NCBI GenBank assembly: GCA_903936565.1
Contig: CAIZVZ010000009.1
Span: 44,840 to 108,839, forward strand
Direction of reading: 5' to 3'
From: an uncultured bacterium
GTDB lineage: Bacteria > Patescibacteriota > Minisyncoccia > Phycocordibacterales > CAIZLB01
DNA length: 64,000 nucleotides
Shown: piece after piece, positions 58,164 to 64,000 of the stretch
Position numbering within the stretch: the first letter of the stretch is position 1
Layout: each line of letters opens with the position of its first letter
Position numbers and translations under genes: made by a program
Notes under the pieces: model-generated
Told to the model about the DNA's origin: nothing
The model's database searches: none
What the model saw: only the letters and a program-made list of their open reading frames with translations

Positions 58164-59801
58164 TTAGTACTGATTGAAATTTCCTTCCTTTAATAAGCCT
58201 CTTTCTTCTAAAATACGAGTCAATATTTCGAAGTTACTTTTATACATTGGCATACCAGAATATCCGTCCCCCACTATTCCGTTATATAGATCGTAAAGTA
58301 CTAAATCGTTAAGTCTTCCTAGAAAACACGCAAGCTCAGACTCATCCTTATTAGATAATATGAATTTACATACACGAGCATTTAGGATAAAGTCGCCTGA
58401 CGATATAATTTCTAATAATTTATCTAATCCATCTACCCACCCATGATTCATCACACTTTCAATATCAGGATGCAAAGTAGCAAAATTATTTTCCATATCA
58501 GCAACATACAAGAAATAGGCTTCCTTGATGTTTTTATTTTTTAAGAATGAAACTAAATTGTTTTCATGTGACCCAGTAATTCGAGCATCATCAATCAATA
58601 CAATTATCTTGTTCTTAATAAAGCCCTCCATGATACTTAGATCATTTTTATTCATTAATGACTTTCTTTCTTCGTCCGAGAATGAACCATAATCACCCTG
58701 AAACATTTCCTTTTTTAGAATTGTAATATCAACGACAGAATTTTTACCCATCATAAATAGATATTGATTAATATAATTCTTGAATCCCTTAACGATACCG
58801 CTGGAACCTTTTACAATTGACTTGTAGGGAGAAGTTGTGATTACTAAATCTATATTGTCATTTGTGCTAAATATTTCAGGATTAGCTGAAATAAACTTCT
58901 TAGCTAATTGATGTCCATATTCTTTAGCAACCTTTCCATCTCCATACTTGAATTTGCTGTAGGAAATTAAATCAAATTCGTTTTTTACAACATCTCGATT
59001 CTCATCCTTAGGATTATCTTTTACAATTTCAACTATTTTATCTTCCTCAAAATCCAACTGACACAATGATAAATTGTCATAATGTAAAACTCTTTCATCA
59101 CTGCGCACAATGGACACCAACTCACCTATATCTTTTATGCCTGCAAATCTCTTTGCGTATTTATCAGATGGATCAAACAATAAAGACGAGATACCACTTT
59201 TCCATGCTCCTCTATAGTCGGCAATTAAACTATCCCCTACATGCAGAATTTCATAAGGAAAACATTTAGATTCTTTCACAAGCTGATCATAAATATAAAG
59301 ATGAGGTTTTGCACAACCAACTTCATTTGAGAAATAGGTGTAATCAACCAAATCAAGTACACCCAATTCTTTAAGCCCCCTTCTCATTACATCACCATGT
59401 AAAAAACCAGTATTACTAATCAATGCAATTTTTACACCAAGATTTTTAAGATCTTTCAAAATTTCAAACGTATCTGGATTAATTAGGATCGGTAAATTAT
59501 CCATAAACAGCAAGGATAATTCGCCCCTAAGCTTCTCAACGTGTTTGTCGTCTAAATCCTCGGAAGTGTTGTTTATTTTTTGATTAATCAAATTCAGTCT
59601 TGATTCGAAATCAAAATCAATTCCAACCGCTTCAGATAATCTATCCAACTCAACATCAACTTCATCTTTTACAGATTTCACCAAATCATAATCAGAGCAA
59701 TTAATCGCATCTCCAAATAGTACTGTTCGCTTTTTAACAAAATCAGAATTACTTTTTAACAATGTCTTCCAGACATCGAAACTAATTATTTTATATTTCA
59801 T
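58164..59801 (-). CDS. HAD-superfamily phosphatase fused to a PRTase-like domain protein (545 aa)
   Basis: HAD motif I SFDVWKTLL, motif II ISNTG, motif III K (KPHLYIY), motif IV VGDSLIADY. C-terminal half has a PRTase-type motif KIIVLIDDARITGSHE. Mid-region shares YSKFKYGD with the next gene. Confidence 0.55.
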   Translation of the reverse strand: MKYKIISFDVWKTLLKSNSDFVKKRTVLFGDAINCSDYDLVKSVKDEVDVELDRLSEAVGIDFDFESRLNLINQKINNTSEDLDDKHVEKLRGELSLLFMDNLPILINPDTFEILKDLKNLGVKIALISNTGFLHGDVMRRGLKELGVLDLVDYTYFSNEVGCAKPHLYIYDQLVKESKCFPYEILHVGDSLIADYRGAWKSGISSLLFDPSDKYAKRFAGIKDIGELVSIVRSDERVLHYDNLSLCQLDFEEDKIVEIVKDNPKDENRDVVKNEFDLISYSKFKYGDGKVAKEYGHQLAKKFISANPEIFSTNDNIDLVITTSPYKSIVKGSSGIVKGFKNYINQYLFMMGKNSVVDITILKKEMFQGDYGSFSDEERKSLMNKNDLSIMEGFIKNKIIVLIDDARITGSHENNLVSFLKNKNIKEAYFLYVADMENNFATLHPDIESVMNHGWVDGLDKLLEIISSGDFILNARVCKFILSNKDESELACFLGRLNDLVLYDLYNGIVGDGYSGMPMYKSNFEILTRILEERGLLKEGNFNQY

Positions 59802-59826
59802 GTTTTTTAATTTAATAAGGAGAATT

Positions 59827-60720
59827 TTATAAAGTGAATGAAGGAATACCGGGATTATCTGTTTTAATTAATTGATGATGTCTAATTCTAGATTCTTGTC
59901 TCACCACCTCAAAGCCCTTAGCATACTTTTCGACAGAACCATAACCATCATTAACGCTAGAAATGTAGAGTCCAAAAAGCATTTCATCACTTAGACGTTT
60001 ACAGAAATCTTCAAGCTCTTCTTGATTTTCCCAAGAAAGGATAAATCTACACAGACGAGAATTCAAAACAAATTCATCTGGTTTTTTCATCAACAGTTGC
60101 AGAGTGTCCAAATCATTTACCCATTTGTGATTAATTCGATTTTCAATATCGGGATCGTTTTTACCCGAACCCACATCAACTACATAGATAAATATAATCT
60201 CTTCAAGGCCTGCTTTTTCCATAAAATCTATAATTTTTTGCTCGTGGGCGCCTGTAATTCTAGCGTCTTCAACCAATATCAATCTTTTTCCTTTTAGCAA
60301 AAATGGATCAAAGGAAAGGGTGTCTCTCTTCATATTTTCTAGCCTTTCTCTGTGTGATAATTTACTGAAATCACAGACTGGAGCTGAGGACCTATGAATT
60401 TTTAAAAAGGTTAAGGGTTGATTCTTAGCAGATAACAAAAGCTCATTTAGCATGTAGTGGAAATACATAGCCAAAGAATTTGCTGATGGCGGTGTATACC
60501 AATAAGGTGAAGTAGACACAATGAACTCACTACTTTCTCCAGAAATTTTTTCTAAGGAAAATTTATTCAAAAACTCCGACATCATACTTTCAGCAAATTT
60601 CATTGCTGTAGGTTTGTGACCATACTTAAATTTACTGTACTCAGTGAAATCGAGTGTTGGTTTATTTTCTAAATTATTTTCGGCATCTATTGTGTACGCA
60701 GATATTCTGTTGATTTTCAT
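59827..60720 (-). CDS. PRTase-like domain protein, paralog of the C-terminal half of 58164..59801 (297 aa)
   Basis: LILVEDARITGAHE, YSKFKYGH, and a ...LNSRLCRFILS...NDGYG block aligned with the upstream gene. Confidence 0.5.
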   Translation of the reverse strand: MKINRISAYTIDAENNLENKPTLDFTEYSKFKYGHKPTAMKFAESMMSEFLNKFSLEKISGESSEFIVSTSPYWYTPPSANSLAMYFHYMLNELLLSAKNQPLTFLKIHRSSAPVCDFSKLSHRERLENMKRDTLSFDPFLLKGKRLILVEDARITGAHEQKIIDFMEKAGLEEIIFIYVVDVGSGKNDPDIENRINHKWVNDLDTLQLLMKKPDEFVLNSRLCRFILSWENQEELEDFCKRLSDEMLFGLYISSVNDGYGSVEKYAKGFEVVRQESRIRHHQLIKTDNPGIPSFTL

Positions 60721-60942
60721 ATTGTTGTTTTTATTTTTAAATAATGTGCAACAGTTTTAATCAATTGTGTCAATGTGTCAATAACTAATAGACATAATGG
60801 AAGAGTACATTCCACTTTATTCTGGAATAACAAATAAAGCCCTTTATAAGGGCTTTAAATATGCTTCATTGAAATATTATTCTATATTTTATGTCTAATA
60901 ACAGTTAGACAAGTAAAAGTATCTCTGTCCCGGAAACTACTT

Positions 60943-61701
60943 TTACTTCTTTGCACCCCTTTCTGCTAACTTAAAAATACTCGTTAGGGTCTGCGCAAAT
61001 TCTGGATTTTTTATCAAAATTCCATAAATTGTATCCCCCAGCATGTGAATTCTGACCTCGTCTTCGAATATGTTTATGTCGCAAGAAAGTGGAAATTCAT
61101 CTTGATCTATCTTGAATGCAACCTGACCCTCTCTTGGCTTAATTTCTCCATCATCACATGTATAAATTACGCTATACAAATTATTCCCCTCTAAACGCAA
61201 GTTAATATATTTCTTTAGATTTTTTGATCTAAATAATTTGTATACCAACTCTAGTGGAAATACTCCGTAATCCATCTCTGTTCTAAATCTAGGGTTATTT
61301 GCCAACTCTTCCATAGAAGACTTAACAGCAGCATCCCCTTCGAAGAACTTTATAATAGGAGCCTGACCCTTTTTCCTAAGTGTTGCCTTAAGTTGAGGTA
61401 TTACAATATCTAAGCTTTTAATACTCTCCTCTGTTTTGAGTTTAAGCTCTTCCAAAATGAAACGGAGTCTTTCTGGATCTTCCGCTTGGTATGACAATCT
61501 TTTACCAACATTAACCTCACGCACTAATCCCTTTTCCTTCAATAAATCTAGGATTACATAAGCGGTAGATCTTTTTAGTTTTACTTCCTTGGCGATCTCA
61601 GCGGGTGTTGCAGATTCTGTAGACAAAAGAAACACATATACAACTATTTCCTTTTGTGAGATTCCTATATTTTTAAGATAGCTATAAAAGTTTAAATTCA
61701 T
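60943..61701 (-). CDS. TrmB-like winged-helix transcriptional regulator
   Basis: N-terminal GISQKEIVVYVFLLSTESATPAEIAKEVKLKRSTAYVILDLLKEKGLVRE matches TrmB-family HTH. Confidence 0.55.
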   Translation of the reverse strand: MNLNFYSYLKNIGISQKEIVVYVFLLSTESATPAEIAKEVKLKRSTAYVILDLLKEKGLVREVNVGKRLSYQAEDPERLRFILEELKLKTEESIKSLDIVIPQLKATLRKKGQAPIIKFFEGDAAVKSSMEELANNPRFRTEMDYGVFPLELVYKLFRSKNLKKYINLRLEGNNLYSVIYTCDDGEIKPREGQVAFKIDQDEFPLSCDINIFEDEVRIHMLGDTIYGILIKNPEFAQTLTSIFKLAERGAKK

Positions 61702-62051
61702 GGAAATTGATTTAATTAGTATTTAATAATGATACCACATAAATAACCCTTAACACCATACGGCTAGAATACTTAACAAAACTCTTTAAATCTTCCACAC
61801 TTTTATATAAATCTTCTCACCCCAAAAACCCAGCGACGGTATATCTCCATTCGCTGTCTTGGCAATAATTTGGTATTTTTATGTATACAACAAAAGTGCG
61901 TATGTTAATTTTGTTAATTATCCTTCATCAGACTTAACAATTTTGGCATACGCCTTTTGTGATTTCAAAGGCCAGAGTGTGAACAGCGTTAAGTTATTGT
62001 AATTTACATACTCTATGTTAAAATTTACAATACAACAATTAAAATAAAATA

Positions 62052-63656
62052 ATGAAAAAAAAATATTTACATTTAACTTTAATAATTTCTGGTATTTTAT
62101 TATTAGCTTTAGGTGCAAGTATTTTGGTAGCAAAATATATAGAGAACAAATCTACGTTGACGTCTAGAATATCAAATGCATTTTCAAGTTACCCCCTCTA
62201 TGTATACACAAATGGTGGTAACGGATCAGGGACGATAACAGTAGGACTGAATGGTCGAAAGTCTAATATTCAGAGGACAAATATTGATGGTCAAATTTTT
62301 AAATTTGGAGATGTCGTAAAACTTACCGCTACCCCATACATGGATTCAACTTTTGTTTCTTGGAAGGGATGTGATTCATTATCGGGTGAATTAAATAGTG
62401 TGTGTAATATAAAGATATCAGCCTCAACAACAGTAATAGCAAATTTCAAAATGAATAGTAAGGGTGCTGCTCTTATGCTTTCTGAATTAAAATTACAACA
62501 ACAGACAACAAATGATTTAGATGTGTCCATAATGCAGATAGAAACATTAAAGCAATTTGATTTTATCTCTAAGACAATCGGATTTAATGATGTAGAAGAG
62601 AAAAATAATTTTAACAGTGCCATTAAAGAAGCTATCGAAAATGGAAATATCATAAATTTATATTTTTCAGAGTCTTATGAAGAAGAAAGTATTGGGTATT
62701 TTCCAGAAGACTATAGAGAAATAATAAAAAATAGATATTTAAATTCTTCAATACTCTTGGCTGGTAAGGGCGAAGGAAATAGAAAGGTTGTAAAAGTTTC
62801 AAAGTCTCCTGCGGTTAACCTCCATAGTTATTCTTTAGACACAACGCCAATTTTAAACAAAAATATGTGGGGTGGTATATGCGGTTTATTGTCAATCATA
62901 CAAAATCTTAATTATGTACTTGTGCCTAGTGCAACTTTACCTAATGGCTTTCCAGCTCCTACTTATACTGCGCAAGGAAAGTTATATTGGGATAAGTTGT
63001 ATATGGAAAAAGTAATCAATCTGGTAAAAATTTACAGTAATGAAATTGGACTTCTTAATTCCAAATATATTTCAATTTATAGAGAATACACTAAAAGAAA
63101 TGTTCGGAGTACCGGGTGGAATTATAAACCTAATTCTTCTGGCGAAATTGATGGGTCTCTCTCTGTGGGTGATAATTTTAAAAATCTCTCCGATTTATTT
63201 AGTATAAAAGGTGGTAAAAGAGATACTGTTTGTCACCTTATTACATATCATACCAATACAGTTTATTACAACGCTTTTGGTGCGGAATACAATACTCCAC
63301 AAAAAGTGGAATCTACACATTCTAGTCCTATTGTTGGTATATCAATGGGTTCTACTGTTCAATCACCATCCGAAGCATTTGTCTCTGGTGCTATTTCTGC
63401 CATGTCAACCCCTTCTCCTGTAAAATCAATAGTTATCATGGATACCATGTATCAAGGCTCACATGTACATGATGATAATAAAGCCAAAAAGTATGAAGAT
63501 ATCCCAGTAAAAACAGGAACAATTAAATTTATTTTAAAAGATGATGGCTCACTTAACATAAGCTCTTATAACGGAATTAGTAAATCTGTAAAGGCAGAGT
63601 TTGATAAAATTAATAAAACAAAGACATTTTATATTCAGTGTTATACATTTAAATAA
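62052..63656 (+). CDS. membrane-anchored/secreted hypothetical protein (534 aa)
   Basis: N-terminal TM or signal peptide. No known domain recognised. Confidence 0.5.
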   Translation: MKKKYLHLTLIISGILLLALGASILVAKYIENKSTLTSRISNAFSSYPLYVYTNGGNGSGTITVGLNGRKSNIQRTNIDGQIFKFGDVVKLTATPYMDSTFVSWKGCDSLSGELNSVCNIKISASTTVIANFKMNSKGAALMLSELKLQQQTTNDLDVSIMQIETLKQFDFISKTIGFNDVEEKNNFNSAIKEAIENGNIINLYFSESYEEESIGYFPEDYREIIKNRYLNSSILLAGKGEGNRKVVKVSKSPAVNLHSYSLDTTPILNKNMWGGICGLLSIIQNLNYVLVPSATLPNGFPAPTYTAQGKLYWDKLYMEKVINLVKIYSNEIGLLNSKYISIYREYTKRNVRSTGWNYKPNSSGEIDGSLSVGDNFKNLSDLFSIKGGKRDTVCHLITYHTNTVYYNAFGAEYNTPQKVESTHSSPIVGISMGSTVQSPSEAFVSGAISAMSTPSPVKSIVIMDTMYQGSHVHDDNKAKKYEDIPVKTGTIKFILKDDGSLNISSYNGISKSVKAEFDKINKTKTFYIQCYTFK

Positions 63657-63900
63657 AGTTAATAATTCTTACTGTTGGAAATAAAGAACAGCTTGAATCT
63701 ATGGCATATAAAAGGCTATAATAATGAGTATTTTTATATAGCGCGCCGTGTTTACTTTTGAGAAAGTTGTGTATAACCTTTTATTAGAACGTTGCCTTCT
63801 ACTGTACTTACCCTCCAAAATTTAGTTAAATAGGAGTATGAAAATACTAGCTACTGAAGGGGAATGGGTACTTCGGCGACTTATTCATTATGCTACGCGT

Positions 63901-63918
63901 CACACACACACACACACC
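63901..63918. repeat. (CA)8 dinucleotide microsatellite
   Basis: cacacacacacacacacc. Confidence 0.8.
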
Positions 63919-63949
63919 AGCTGACGCTGATGGTTTAATAATTAACAAA

Positions 63950-63988
63950 AACCCATCGACCACTAATGGATCTGATGGGTTTTTAAAT
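63950..63988. terminator. hairpin aaaacccatcgaccactaatggatctgatgggttttt
   Basis: 10 bp stem flanked by A- and T-runs at the window edge. Confidence 0.4.
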
Positions 63989-64000
63989 TAGTGGCAATAA

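Overview
This 64 kb window looks like a low-GC (about 35-38%), gene-dense chromosomal segment from a reduced-genome bacterium. The gene content resembles Patescibacteria/CPR-like organisms: short IF-2 and S1, a giant surface protease, pilin-like paralog arrays and many orphan ORFs. That lineage call is inference only.

Housekeeping genes I recognise from the translations: rpmG, clpB, prephenate dehydratase, cysteine desulfurase, infB-rbfA, gyrA, rpsA, pth, lepB, a HisRS-family protein, rpsU-ybeY, ftsA-ftsZ, trxB and two Nudix hydrolases. There are 8 tRNA genes: Tyr, Cys, Leu-TAA, Lys-CTT-like, Leu-TAG, Val, Ser, Glu.

Features that stand out:
- A roughly 5.1 kb GC-rich (about 52-58%) island on the minus strand encodes a complete Ter-type stress module (TerC, TelA, TerD, TelA-like, vWA/TerY-like). 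It carries a duplicated ~130 bp structured leader and a 28 bp GC palindrome.
- Six tandem paralogous small two-TM proteins resemble T4SS VirB2/TrbC pilins.
- Two tandem modules repeat a conserved promoter, a ~100 nt covarying hairpin leader, a diverged small membrane-anchored protein gene and a conserved terminator.
- A paralogous pair couples a HAD phosphatase to a PRTase-like domain, next to a TrmB-like regulator.
- A PEP-utilising phosphotransferase is split into two ORFs.
- The HisRS paralog has degenerate catalytic motifs.
- A 1759 aa secreted S8 protease carries a poly-Gly linker and a peptidoglycan-binding domain.
- Several small GC-rich orphan ORFs with their own terminators are scattered among core genes.

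No CRISPR array, rRNA, integrase or transposase was recognised.
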